Positions 25,116 through 38,720 of a stretch of DNA of 64,000 nt are shown piece by piece. This DNA comes from Marsupella aquatica (taxonomy: Eukaryota > Plantae > Marchantiophyta). The DNA is taken from assembly GCA_973895155.1 (NCBI GenBank), contig OZ316894.1, positions 6,906,234 to 6,970,233 of the forward strand. The letters are read 5' to 3'. The translations under genes were made by a program, and so were the position numbers. A model generated the notes under the pieces. That model saw only the letters and a list, made by a program, of their open reading frames with translations. It ran no database searches and was not told the origin of the DNA. Positions within the stretch are counted from its first letter, which is position 1. Each line of letters opens with the position of its first letter.

Positions 25116-28100
25116 TCAGATGCTCTTGAATTCAAACTTCAATTCTACATCCCTGTTTGAGCTGACTGTGTGCGCGCCGTCGAGTACCTCGCTTGTGCCA
25201 TCTCTTCGAATCGTGACGAAATGTGAGCAAGGGTTGAGGAGAAACTGGACAGCGGTGGTCTCGTACCCGGCTAGATGCACTCTTTGAAAGCCAATGAGCT
25301 GCTTCAAAGGTAGCCCTCCTTCTCTGGCATTCGGAGGGCTCGCGTACAATAAAATCACTTCGCTCCCTTCTCTCAATTTCGTGTTGGAAACTATCAGCTC
25401 CACTTCAAACTCCATTGCATGACAGAACTGTTTGTTGAAAGTGTCACAGCTGCTGGGGTCCTCGTGGCAACGCAGCTGTGCTTTACTCGGAGCCATGAGA
25501 GGTGCCGATGCTTCTCTACGTCGGCTTTCGCTGCTGAAGGAGTGGACGAAATTGCTGTAGCTCAGTCCGTCTCCGAATTCGTAGACAGTCTCGCCGGTGT
25601 AGAACCGGTGAGTCCGGCCAGGGTAGCCCGAGGCGAGATCAGGTCTCATGTCCATTGTAGTCATCGGCCAACCCGTAAAAGCCTCTGGATACCATGTCAT
25701 CGGAAGCCTCCCACCTGTACGAAAGAGCAATGTTGTTTTTGAGACGGTGGCGTGTCATAAAACACGACTCACCAACAGAATTTGGGAAACCCTTCAAGCT
25801 ATTATACACTTGAGAGATTCTTGAACTATCTAAAACAATGACGCGAGAACCAGAAACTATATTACATGCACCACCACCGCCGGAAGCACGGTCTCTAGAT
25901 GACAATTCCGAATTGCTGCCCGATTCATGTTGATGCTACAGACTGTTGAGGTCGACCGTCAAGAGCAGCATTGTTGGAAATGATAAGTTTCAACTAGAGT
26001 TTATAGCACAGCGAATCCATCACGAGGTACGTGTTATCTTTGATTGCAAGTTCTCATGATTCTCATCCATCACAAGTTGCGTGTTATCTTCAGTTGCAAG
26101 TTCTCATGATTCTCTCACCTGGGTTTCTTTCACCGAAAATGATCTGAGCTAGTGCCTGGCCTCCAGCTTGGCCCGGGTAACCAATCCACAAAATCGCGCC
26201 AATGGTCTCTGCGTCTCTTGCAAACTTGATATCCACGGGGCCCCCACTCATCACAACGAGCACAACAGGCCCTTTGGCATTCGCTGCGACTGACATGATT
26301 AGCTCTTGCTGCTGCCCCGGCAGCTGCAAGGTGCTCCGGTCCACGGCCTCCGTTTCCTGAATCTGTCCAAGCCCCATAACCATAATCGTTGCATCGGCCG
26401 TAGCTCCAGCAGACCTTGCAGCTACGGTATCGACTATGAATTTTGCCGATGCACACGCTGTATCAGAGCATCCAAGCACGTGTTGGATAGATGCCCCCGG
26501 CAAATAATCTTTCAGCCCTTGTAAGGGTGTCACATAGGTGCAAGGGTCGCCTGCAGTGAAAAACATTATCTTGGGTACCTTAGCCTTGCAACAAGTCATG
26601 ATGTATTGGCAACACGATTGATGACCGACATAATTGATCTAGTCTAAATGTGAACTCTGGCAAAGATGAACTTTAGATCGAGCACGGAGTTACACGCAAG
26701 GTTTGAGGCATCGAGGTCACTTTTTTGACCGCATTGGAACAGCATGAATGATGATGAATAAGTCTAATTCTCATCTAATTCGCCAAGCGATCACTGCTGA
26801 AAATATGTAGGACGGATGATTGGATAGGGTCAGATTTCAAGTGCATCGGTTGTTTATATTTGTGAGCAAGCAGGCTGTTTAGATGTCAATTAAGGGCATG
26901 ATGATTTTGAATGATATATCCATAGCTCATGCATTCAAAATGTTCTACTTTCATTTTTGCTTGTGTCCCTAGCTTGCACTCCATTTGATTGTCTCTCAAA
27001 CACCCTCCATGAACACATGCAAGTGATGTGACATATGTCCCTAGAACACCACTGGAAAAGATACACAAATGTCCCAAACAATTAAATTACCAATCATAAT
27101 TGTAGGTTGACTGTGCAGTTGAATGACAAGTCTGATTTGTTTGTTTATCTTTCAATGCAGGATGTGTAAAGCGGGGTGTAAAGAGGCCAAGACAATGTAA
27201 ATAGAGCCTTATATGTACCGTCACATTTTAAATGGTGTCACTCTCCACCAAACTGGTAGAGGCACATAAGGATAGAGCTTTGGACCAATTATTTTGCAAG
27301 TCATTAACATGCCAGGTCTCTCTAGTTAGCCATATATAGAGTTTATATGATGACATCTATTATGCGAAGATGTTTGGGACAAGTGAAAATCTTGTATTTT
27401 TTTTAACGGGACATATTACACCATTATGGGAGACGTTACACCATTCACAAAATCCATCAAAAATACTAGCCATATATATAGTTTATATGATGACATCTAT
27501 TATGGGAAGATGTTTGGGACAAGTGAAAATCTTGTATTTTTTTTAACGGGACATATTACACCATTATGGGAGACGTTACACCATTCACAAAATACATCAA
27601 AAATACTAAGATAGTGTTGGGGCGCTTGCTTTATATTTCTTGCTTCTCATGACATATTACACCTTGGCATGAGACACTATTACACCATAAAGATTCTCTA
27701 TATTAGCTACTTTGTTTCAATCACAAAGAACATGTCCCATAACAGCAGGGTTACCGGTGTTAAAATTATTGAGACTCAAACACCTTATGGTGTATATTGT
27801 CTCTTTTTTTGTAGTGGTTTAGCCTGGAAAATACCTGCGTAGTTCCCCACCATGGTATTTAGGCTATCATTCGCATTCGGCCCAATGACCGCCATGTTTT
27901 TAATCTTGTCTCTTGAAAGCGGGAGAACATTGTTATCATTCTTCAACAGCACAATGCCCTGAACCGCGGCTTCTACGGTCAACCTTTGGTGGTCCTCAGA
28001 GCACACATCGGCTGATCCAAGAGCGTTGTAATTGCGATTATTCTTGGATTCGATATCGAACAATCCCAAGCGAAATTGCACAGTAAAAGAGCGAGCAAGA

Positions 28101-30980
28101 GCGACGTTGAGTTCATCCTCGGTGATCAGGTCGTTACTAAGAGCTTCACTTGAGAACTCTGGAAATGCATCGCCACAATTGAGGTCCATTCCTGCATGAA
28201 GAGAAGACAGTGCGTCCGTAAACTGTACCCTGATGTAGAGAATTCGACGGGTACAGTAATCGAATCGGAAATTGGGCATGGTGTACTAGGACCTTGACGT
28301 ACCTGCCTTCAACACAAGAGCTATCGCGTGCTCAGGGTCTGCGTACTTGTGATTTGCATAGATTGTCTGCACGGCATCGCAGTCTGAAACAACGTACCTG
28401 CAGCCCCAATTGCAAAATCTAAGACAATGACATTGCCGACCAAGATTTTTCACAGTTCCGTGCCTTCTACGTCGAGATTCAATATATTACACGGACCTTT
28501 GAAACGTTGTAAGTACGATGGAGGACTGGTGATCATGATCGGTAGAATGACCAATAAACATGAATCAGCACATACCCATCAAAGCCCCATGTGTTTCTGG
28601 CGATGGTAGTGAGGAGGTTAGGGTCAGCACAAGTAGGGACTCCGTTCACTTCATTGTACGAGCACATGAGACCACTTGCACGGCCTTTCTGGATGCAACT
28701 CTTGAACGGAGGGTTGAAAGTATCTTCAAGATCCTGCTGAGTGACCTGCTCACCATAATGGGCCACCATGTAAATGTAATTTGAATCACAATGTAACAAT
28801 CCAAGAATTTCGCCTCAGATTAGAAGGTTACTTAATTGATTAAATTGATTCGGCTTTTCAAGTGTATGTCAAGTACTCTGTGTGATTTGGCACCTTGGTC
28901 CTTTCTGCGAGTTACTGAGTTGAAGTCCACTTACCACCGCGTCAAACCCATAGCGCTCGATACCGTTCCAAGCTTCTAAGTCGTAGGCTGCGAAGTGTTT
29001 GCAGCATGCGGATATCTTTAGCTGGACCGGAGCAGGGCTGCTGGTGTTGCCTGTGTAGCTGTCGGGCTCCTGGAGTCCTCGCACAAAGTACTCGGCGTAA
29101 ACGCCGGTGAGATGTGGATCTTCTCCAGGCGTCTCCTGGCCTCGTCCCCACCTCGGATCTCGAAATATGTTTATGTTGGGAGTCCAGTACGTCAACCCTC
29201 CCTGCCCAGCGTTATGAAACGCTCGAGCCTCAGTCGAAATCGCCTGTTAGGTCCAAAACTCGTTATGGATGGACACGAACGTCAGGTTTGTTCATGATCA
29301 AAGAAGTTCAAAACGTCTTACACCTTGACATCGAAGACGTAAGAGCCTGCAGAATTCTGGACACTACTGAGAATTCTTAGGATCAAAGAGGGCCCTCAGC
29401 TCAAGCCAATATATGTAAACTAAGGCCACAGTTCTCGATTTCCTCCGTGCAAAAAACACATTGCATCTTTTAATTTACACAAAATGTGGTTATGCTAGGA
29501 GAGCGGTGAGGACAAACCGCACGAGACTGGACGTTCAGGTCATGAGTTTTGGGGAAATACGTCGAGAGGCACGTACACCCTTGAACGAGGTTCAGTGAGG
29601 GCTCACGTGGACGTTCAGGAAAGTGTCAACGGACCAACCGAAGCTAAGTTTCTGAAAAGCTGAACATCGAAATGCCTGCATGCTGCCAATGATGAAAGTC
29701 CTGTGAGACTTGTTCAAGACATATTATCAAGCTCTACAAGATGCAGTCTGTAAGTGCATCAGGTCACGGGGAGAAATCCGGCCAGAACATTGACATAGAT
29801 TCAACTTTGGACTATGACCACTACCAGCCATTAATCTGGAGGGTTATGCCTTGTTTGGAGCTATTTCTAAACGTTCTGCAAGCGAAGGGATGTCATCAGA
29901 GATATGTGCCACACACTATGACACTCGGCGAGTTGTGATAGAAATTTCGTTAATTTTAGCACGCAACCGAGCCGTGTAATTGCCGCTCGTCGTCCAGAAC
30001 CGGAACCAGATCCTAACAAAAGAATGATTCCGGAATGACAATGAACGATTAGAATACAATCGAGGACGAAGACTGGTGAACCCAACTCTGCCGAGAATAA
30101 CAGAAGCAATGATATACTGCTCGATCTGGTCCACTGTTCCTCTGCTAACAAGATTCCGTTGTCGAAATGAGATACAAATAACTCACGGGACGGCTATATC
30201 TGGAGCGGACTCAAACTGAACAGAGCATTTGATTTTCACCCACACATGAGATTGATGAAGACTGAACAGGTAAGTCTAGCTCGGAAATTAGAGCGCGACG
30301 TTGGTTGACCAGCTCGGAATTTTGAGAAATCGACTGAGTTTCAACTGAACAGAGAATTTGTGAACGACCGTTTAGACAGGGGAGAATGACAGCAGACGGC
30401 CCGAGGTTAGGGGATCATTCAAGAGAGAAGTAAGGAGCGTCTTCTCCACCGTCCAGTACGTTAAATAGGGACCTCGATCTTTCTCTTCTCTCAAAGATAC
30501 TTGACAGATTTGGACATTAACTAATTAAAAGTTCCCAGCGAAAACATTTGACAAACATTTATCTGAAAACCAGACCTGAGGCCCCACCTTGCCAATCTCA
30601 TTGAAGAGCGTCTGATTGAAGGAAGCTGCAGTCAGAATGGGCTGAGGGAAACTGGTGGCCGAGTGGATGGGTCCACTGAACGAAACTCCGGGACTGTGTG
30701 CCACTCCGTGGAGCCCTTCATTCTGCCATTCGTAACTAGGAATCCCCAGCCGGGCAACTCCAGAAGCAGCGTTCACCAGCAACCCGAGCTTCTCCTCCAC
30801 TGTCAGTGTGGCGACCAGATTCCCCACTCGAATGTTAATGTCCAGAGATTGATCGCAGAAGGGGTAGTAGGTACTGCTGCTTCCCTCAAGCTCGCTGCAT
30901 GCGTGATTTGCACTTGCTCGGACACTTACAAGGGCAGTTATCATAGCCAATACTGTTATACGAACAAGCAGGCCCCCCAT
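25116..30980 (-). CDS. BXL: Glycoside hydrolase family 3 beta-D-xylosidase/alpha-L-arabinofuranosidase (BXL-like), 7 exons
   Basis: Signal peptide [18 protein letters not shown]; motifs [57 protein letters not shown], nucleophile motif [29 protein letters not shown] and the fibronectin-like C-terminus [10 protein letters not shown]. Exons at about 30980-30588, 29243-28935, 28745-28576, 28397-28302, 28192-27834, 26551-26118 and 25714-25116. Confidence 0.96.
27327..27607. repeat. Near-perfect ~140-bp tandem duplication in a BXL intron
   Basis: TAGCCATATATA...CATCAAAAATAC occurs twice head-to-tail with few mismatches. Confidence 0.92.
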
Positions 30981-31549
30981 GGCTGAGCTAGAATTGTGTA
31001 TGAGCAAGACTGAATGCACAAGGTGTGCCTAACTCATCCTTCCTATGCTTTGCTTGCGCTTGCAAAGCATTATTTATATACATTGCCAAAGCTGCAGACA
31101 GTAGCATAGAGCCCATCGATCCGGTTCTACTTCCAGTTAGACTGTATTACTGCCTATGCTTTCTCGTTCTAGATGTCTATCCATTGTAGTTATTGTCTAT
31201 CCCTGTCCAAAAGTACTGATCTGGTCCCTTGCTCAAATTAGCTGAGCATGCATCCATGCCGTCATGTAATTATCTAGATCCACTGCTAAAACCAGCCAAA
31301 ACATAAGTGCAGTACGAAAAATTAGCCAACATAGATTTCACTAGATTTTCACATAGGCTGCTAATTGAGCATGAGTCCGAGTTTGTAGCTCCTATCAACT
31401 CAGTTTTGTCACCTTGCCACCCATTTTTGGTGGAATTACTACTTTGCCTATGTTTAGAATGCCATTGTTCTAACCCAGGAATAACCGAAGTTAGATCTTT
31501 TGGAATCAATGGCTTAAATTGCCTCCCTCTCCCCTACGAATGGGAACGA

Positions 31550-32400
31550 TTGGATCTTTTGGAACGCATGGGTGGCTTTGAGCCATATGCAGATTAATCA
31601 GATTTCTCTCACAACTCTATTTTGAGCAATACAAAGGAAGGCTGTTCACGTCAATCTGTATGATCATTATTAATATGTGCAGGAGGAGTCCATACTTTTC
31701 GACATCGATAACTCACATAGAAATTGTGGGCAGGTGATGCTGATTATCCCCTAGCAAAATTTCTATTTGAAAGAAAGCGCTTGGAAATGGACTTCCCTCT
31801 AATATGCCACTCATGAAAACTAAGCAAGATGGTCGTGGGAGTCACCTTTACAGCGACATTCATGGGCGCCATATATTGAGACGAGCAGAGACTCCCAAAA
31901 CATTGGATGTGCAGTCCCCAACTGTACCAATTTAATGTACACGAGTGGGAGAAGCAGACGAGAAAAAACTCCTGGTACAGCGGAATGGCAGTGGGGAGAA
32001 AACTCGCAATCTTAATGAACGTCTCTTGGTGCCATCAAGTGGTCATCCAAGCATCCGAAAAATTCCACGAGAAATGGAGTACCTTGCTCCTCTCCACTCT
32101 AAGTACAATCGAACTGTGCAGAGGAAACGATCATCACATAAACGAAAGCTCCATCTGAACTGGGGCAGCTACTCAATATATCTGATTATAGAAATCTGGC
32201 AGGGAATCCACTATATCATTGGGGTTTAAATCGTCTCCAGTACTCTGGTCAGATTAATTGCATGCCCTTAATTTTAGAGATCAAAATGCTTTCCATTGAA
32301 GTGACATTTCTCTGGGACTGGGTTTTAATTCATCACGATTTCTTACAACTGCACTGGTTGAGTCGTAGACGAGCCCGTGGCTTTTTGGATGTTGAACTGA
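31550..32400 (+). pseudogene. Duplicated, degenerate exon 1 of the coiled-coil gene (copy 2)
   Basis: Homologous to 14400-15245 with frameshifts. The splice donor AAAC|GTACGC is changed to AAACGAAAGC. Confidence 0.85.
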
Positions 32401-32719
32401 GGCTGAGTCTACAACAATGAGAGGGATAAATTGAGCAATCCGTTTCCCTGCTCTCTTCCAAGATTTACGTTTAGATTCATCACTCTGTTCATGTCAATTG
32501 GCCGGTGAGGTTGAGAGGTGACCTGCAAAGTTAAGAGGCCACGGACTCTTTCCAATCCTAGACTTCTCCCAATACTACATGTACTTCTCCTAATCCTCAT
32601 GCACTGGGGTGGGTCCCCAAAATGCTGATATGAGTGAACATTTTAGTTTTGGCCACCTCTCTTGCAAGGACATGTGACTCTGTTCTCATTTTGTTATAGA
32701 GTACTAGCCCGATTTCTCT

Positions 32720-33180
32720 GCGTTGCACAGAAAATGTTAAGGTGAAAAAAAATGTTGTCATGAAGAAAAGATGTTGGTGTGAAAAAAGTTTTCAATGAGA
32801 GAAAAAGATATGGAGGCAAACAAAAAAATGTAGGTGTGAAAAAGTTGTTGATGAGAGAAAAAGATGTCGAGGTAGGAAAAGAAGTCAAAGTGAAAAAAAG
32901 ATGCGAGGAGAGAAAAGATGGCAAGGTGTGAAAAAATGTAAAAATGAAGAAAACATGATGTCAAGAAGAGAAAAGATGTCGAGGGTGAGGGAAAGATGTG
33001 GTGGTGAAGTAAAGAACACCAACAATACATGTGCATTGCACAAGAGATGTTGAGGTGAATAAAATATGTTGAAAGGAGAAAAAAATGTCAAGGTGAGGCA
33101 AAGTCATGATCGAGAAACTGCAAAAAAGTGCAGGCAAACTCATTAATTTCCTATACGCCACAAAAAAGATATAGCATAAA
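32720..33180. repeat. Degenerate purine-rich minisatellite (GAAAAGATGTYGAGGTG-like units), probably a transposon remnant
   Basis: Recurrent AAAAGATGT..GAGGTG/AAGGTG units separated by A runs. Confidence 0.7.
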
Positions 33181-34068
33181 ACATGTCATTGTTGCAAAAA
33201 TGTTATCATTTTATGGTTATTATTGTGAACGCGTTATTGTTGAGGAGTATGAAGATACGAACATGGAGATGCAAGATAGGTGACAGTGGCCATTACATCA
33301 TGGAGTGGTAGCATGATCACCCAAAAAAACCATGCAATTTTTATTAAAATTTTTAATACACGAATATATACACTTTGTCTTCACCAAAATATATACACTT
33401 TGTTATCATTTTATGGTTATTATTGTGAACCTCACTTTATAAGGCAGGAAAATACAAAACTATCTCACTTTATCTTCTTTTCTATTTTTCCCTACCTTTT
33501 TCATTATTCTCTTCCTCAATTTTTGTTCCTTTTTTCCTTTATCTAGCACTCCTTTTTTTTTCCTCCATGCCAATTTCTTGCTATATCTTTGGATAGTGCT
33601 TTATCTTTATATCTTAGCAATACTAGATATTAGTGAATTTTCTTAATATACGAGTGTGTGTGTATAGCCTCTTTATCTCCTACTTTGAAAAAAAAATGCA
33701 AATATCACTCAAATATATTTATTTTTACTTGCATGTGGTTCCTACAAATTAATCTTTGTAGTTGACCCCCGGAGCCTCCCTCCCTTCCTGACCCACGCCT
33801 GCATCAGGGAGGGAGGGGAGGGCTGCCCAGCCTGCATCACGGGAGGCTGCCTGAGTGGTGTTCATGGTCTGAGTCAAGGCAATGGAGTGTGTCTGATTGA
33901 GGCACATGCATGAGGGTATGAGGTGACGGAGGCACAGGCCACAAGGAGGAGAGAGTGGGGGAGGAGGGTTTACTGTCCAATCGGGACAAGCTATTTCATA
34001 TTAAAAAGCAGTCAAAAAATTCACAAGACATACAAAAGAATAAACCCCAATAAGGCGCATGTCAACTT

Positions 34069-34285
34069 TAATAAACCACACCTGCCCCTATAAAGGGCTA
34101 CGGGTAACCCGTAGTTCTCATTCTAAAGAGTATAAGTTCAGAAATGGGTTTTGAGTTCCAGAAATGGTGCTGACTGCAAAACTTTTTTTTGACAAGTACT
34201 CCACAAAAGGTGCTAGGTTTCCACCTTTTATGGTGAGGAGTGACATATGGAATGAGGCTTTTATAGTGGCAGGTGTGGTTTAATA
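34069..34285. mobile_element. Small inverted-repeat (MITE-like) element
   Basis: TAAACCACACCTGCCCCTATAA and TTATAGTGGCAGGTGTGGTTTA form an inverted pair around the internal hairpin CTACGGGTAACCCGTAG. Related motifs occur at about 35610 and 53885-54035. Confidence 0.55.
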
Positions 34286-34520
34286 AATAAGTGTCAATAA
34301 AAAAATCACTTGACCAGGTGAGAACGGATTCACCAAAGAGCAACATTGTTAAGTTTATGATATCACATCGGCTACTAAAAATTAGCAAGCATGGGTCTGA
34401 GATCTTCTGCAAATTAACAGCTTCAGGCTTTCCTATTAGCTGAGGTTTGTTAGTAGCTGGCTCGGAAAAATAAAAAGGGCCACCTACAAAAGTCTGGAAG
34501 CAAGTTAAAACAATTTTTCA

Positions 34521-34824
34521 AAGGTATATGCTTGATGGGGGACCTTTGGTAGAACATTTTTATCTGATGAGACCTACTAAACTTTTGTTCCCAAATAGGA
34601 CCCCTCTTAATGAGCCAGACAATTGGTCCTTGTTGCAGCCATGGTTGACCACAAAGTTCACAGTTAGTAGACGTAGATGACCACACTATCAATAGAAATT
34701 AGTCATAGGGACTGCTACAAGAACATGTGACAAAAATATGTCAAAAGGGTCCTACTTTGTAACAAAAGTTTCAGAGGGTCCCATCAGGTAAAACTGGTCA
34801 GGGATCCCATCAAGCAATATCTCC
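34521..34824. mobile_element. Mutator-like MITE
   Basis: ~80-bp imperfect TIRs (..TGCTTGATGGG..AAACTTTTGTT..TAGGACCC / GGGTCCTA..AACAAAAGTTT..CCCATCAAGCA..) flanked by a 9-bp near-duplication AATTTTTCA / AACTTTTCA. Confidence 0.8.
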
Positions 34825-35359
34825 AACTTTTCATTATCAAAGATTGCCAACAAGTTACAACTCTCACCTGTTATGACAAGAGGATACATTCTCTCCTGAC
34901 ATACACCTTTTGGATTTTATAATTATGCCGGAACAAGATGTCTGCACAAGGGAACTGTCTAGAAGATAGAACATTGAGGGAACATGCCTATCCGAGTCTT
35001 GGACATCATTTTCCATACCCCTTATTGTCAAAACCAATATGCCTACACTAGCTTGGATAAGAATTCCTGGACAAGAACATGCATATATCCATTACCAGCT
35101 TTGCTCTGACATAGACGTGTATATGTCATGTCACAGAAGTTCCCACCTGGCTACTCTAGTGTCTTTGTCATAGGATGAAAAATATGAGCCATTTATAGCT
35201 ACTAAATTTGACACTTGTTGTTCTTTGGCTGTGTGATCAATACTCATAAATTAAGGACACATTGGATGGGTAAAGTTGTAAAGAGGTAGCAAGGGTCGCC
35301 TTCACATCATTTCACTTTAGGGCTGCTCTTGAACAAAATAATTGTTCTTAGTTGAGATA

Positions 35360-37425
35360 GCTTTTCTGTGCGGGTCTTAAAGAAAATCAATGAACGTACG
35401 TTGCAGGATATCATGTGATCTCCCTATGACAGACTCTTGTAAGAGCCACTATCCGAGCCACTATCCCTGACAAAAGCCAGGTTTCACCATTTTTAGTATC
35501 TTTTTCCTGATACTGTGAAGTAAAGTCTCACCATAGAGGAAAAGAATGTGAAAAAGAGAAGGAATGTGAAAAAGAGAGAAATCTTGGACACTCCTTTCAT
35601 ATGGCCAGTGGTGGTTTAAACCACACCTTCCACTAGAGAGCACTTTTGGTAACTTTTAGACTTACTCATCTCACATGTTGGCAAGTTGAGCGCCATGACT
35701 CTATTCTTTTTTAAGGGACCAGCTCACTTAGAAAGGAGAGCAGCCGATGCTGAAGGCATGATTGGGTGAAAGGAGGGCAGCCGATGCTGAAGGCGTGATT
35801 GGGTTATAAGCTATATACCGTACTCAATTACTCATCCTGGAACATGAGTAGTTATTTTTTTGTCCTGTAGTCATGAATCAGGAGATAAGACATGCACAAA
35901 AAAGCAATTTATAGTTTGAAAGAAAAAGGTATTGGCAAAAGATCGGGGTTGTACTCAATGAGGGATGCAGAGAAAAAAAAGCAACTTTAAATTTTGAAAG
36001 AAAGCAGTCTTGGCAAAAGATGGGGTGTGTATTCAATGCGTACTAGGGGTGTCCAAGGCAATAGGCATTCTTAGAGAGCACAACTTCTTAAATACGTACA
36101 TTAACAAAAATGGTCTTAAACGCATTGACGTATCTGCAGGGGGCAGCCTGGCCCTCATGATCTAGGGTTATTAGTAGGATCCAATGGTTTGTTTCGAACT
36201 CTATGTGTTGGAGGCTCCATCCCTGTGGGGCCTTCCAAGAGTGTACAGAAGCATCTGGTGGGGCTCGATGCTGTGCTTGGTGTGGAGGCTCAATTGGGAG
36301 AACTAGATGCTTTGCTGTGGATATGGTTATGCTCTTTGTTTTGGGTGCTCAATACATATGGAGGTTGCATATGCTGTGGAGGTGTGGTTGCTGCGGAGTG
36401 GAGGTCTTGATGCTGAGGGCCAGGGAGTTGGATCTATTACCTTGAGCGCCAGGGAGGCACTAGGAGTCGCAAAATGCTTAGTTCCCTATCTGTGAGTTGA
36501 TATCCTCACTTTCATGCCATTCATGTGAGTTGGGTGAATGAGTGAATTGAGTTCTATGGTCACATGCTTAGTGGGTTGTATCAAGGCTAGACTTTGAAGT
36601 GAAAGTGGAGCTATATTTTGAGCTATGTATTGCAGGTTGAAGCTTTGAATCTATTGGATTGAAACCTGTTCTATTCAGTGAAAATTGTATTGCTCCCGCG
36701 GACTTCAGTACATTGTACTATTTTTTAACTCTCGGCTGCGTATTGTCCTCAGAGAGGTATGCAGAGCTCAGCCTGGTTTAGTGTAGTGGTAATTGATCTA
36801 TAACCATTGCTTCTTTCTTTCAATGTATACTTGTGGAGAGAGTAGTGGGTTTAGAGGGGTTGCTCTCCTTGGAAGGCTGTCCAGTGTTCACTGGACAACT
36901 CAGGGTCCAATTCCCTGGCAGAGTTTTAAGTGCTTGGGTGTCTTTTACAGCCAACATAAACTTAAGAAAAGAGCCAATTGAAAGTCCCAGTCGAAAGGCT
37001 TTACAAAAACAGCAATTGCAATACACATGTGACGGATTCTTTAAGGGGGTAAAAACTGAAAAAAAAGTTTTCTGTTTTGCCAAAAGGGGTTTGAAAATCA
37101 TCCAGAGGGTAATTATTTTAATGAATGTCTTATTGTAAGAGCACATTAAGACTTTAGTTTCTGCTAAAGTAAAACGTATGAAAGAAAAGTAACAATGGTT
37201 TGCCATATATGAATGTCTGAATTTTTTTTGGATACGGTCTTAAAGTAAATCAATGAATCAATGTCCGTTGCAGGATATCATGTTACGTCATAGGGACAAA
37301 CTCTTTAAACCACAGCGTCCACTTTAAAGCACTTTGGGTAACTCGTACACTCACTCATTTCACATGTTAGCAAGTGGAGTCATGAATGACTTCTTTTTGA
37401 AGGGACCAGCTCACTTAGAAAGGAG
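35360..37425 (+). repeat. Dispersed direct repeat pair (about 35360-35745 and 37235-37425)
   Basis: Shared blocks GGTCTTAAAG..AATCAATGAA..CGTTGCAGGATATCATGT and CACATGTT..AAGGGACCAGCTCACTTAGAAAGGAGA; partial third copy near 36110. Confidence 0.75.
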
Positions 37426-38159
37426 AACAACTACAGTATAAAGCCGAGGCTGTTTGCAAACATTTGGTTATCAGCTCCAGCAGTATAAGTATATCTATAG
37501 TAAAGCCCTCCTGAATGGTTTTTTGTTTGTATGTGTGTACAAGCTTATGGGGCATTACCCCTGGGTGAAGCCAGGGAACCCCTGAGCCAGCCTGGGCTGG
37601 AAATTCTGAAATTTGAATGATAAATAAATCAAAGTGCAAGTGACAAACAATGATGGATGAGAATTTTGCTGTGTAAAATTGAACTGAATGATTAAAAACC
37701 TTCACTCAGGTTTTATGCACCATAACTCATGCCCACTTGGGGATAATGGCTGTAATCCCCTTGGGCTCAGTGCCTTCTGGGATTACATCCCATTAGCCCC
37801 TCTTGGGGATGGGTTACCCCTACACTATATCTATGCATATGAGTAGATGACATGTTTTTAATTTATGTTGGATGGCAGGTCCAATTGATACAGATCTCAA
37901 CATTGGTTTGGGCTCAAGATGGGTTCCACCGGGCACTCTTTGAGGATTGAATTATCTTCAGTCCTAAGATACATGGGCAAACTTATGTTCATCAATGCTT
38001 GAAGGCATGGGTTATGGGTTATGAGCTATACATAGTCTGAAATCCACTCAGAGCCTGAATGTGAAAACTATCCACTCAGGGATTATGGTGAATTTGGTGA
38101 ATTCTTGGGGCTCTGGATACTTTTGTCTGCATGTCCCACTAAGGCATTATCTCCTGGAT

Positions 38160-38720
38160 TGAGAATAAATCAAGTATATATATGAAGCTGTCAATGAACA
38201 AAAAGCTACTAACCAGAAGACCAAAGAAAAGGGAGAAATTAAGAAAAAGTCCAGGCATACCCTAGAATCCCCAACAAAAGAATGGAAGCTCTACAGAGCA
38301 ACAAACTGAAAAGCTTGGTAAATCTCCCCAGAATTCCAATTGTGTGAGGAATTGGGCTTTTTGTCTCTTTGGTCTTCGTGGTTCCTTTTGTTTTCTCCCC
38401 TTCATTGGATCTCCTGCCTTTATAGTGTCTCCTGATATGACTCTTTTTCTTCTTTGGCAAATGAATGTTGTATATGTAATACCAACGGGAAACCGCAGGT
38501 CCCAAAAGCAAGAGACTCCCCAAGAAAGACAAAAGAACTGAAGCCCTTAGCAACAAACCGAAAAGCCTTGGAAAGCTGCAGAGTAAACATGGTAGGAAGG
38601 TCCCGTAGAGTTATTTGTCTAGAAGCCCGAACAGTAGTCTCGTAGATATGCTTCTGCCATAGCAAGCTGACGGCAGCTCTCACCTGATTGGCTAAAAATT
38701 GTTGTCCCATCCTTGCCAGT
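38160..38720 (-). mobile_element. Possible 3' fragment of a LINE
   Basis: Short ORF (AAVSLLWQKHIYE..) resembling an ORF2 C-terminus, followed by a T-rich 3'-UTR-like tract. Confidence 0.35.

Noticed and set aside
32694-33546. Phe-rich small ORFs as membrane proteins
   Set aside because: They are translations of low-complexity A/T-rich repeat DNA.
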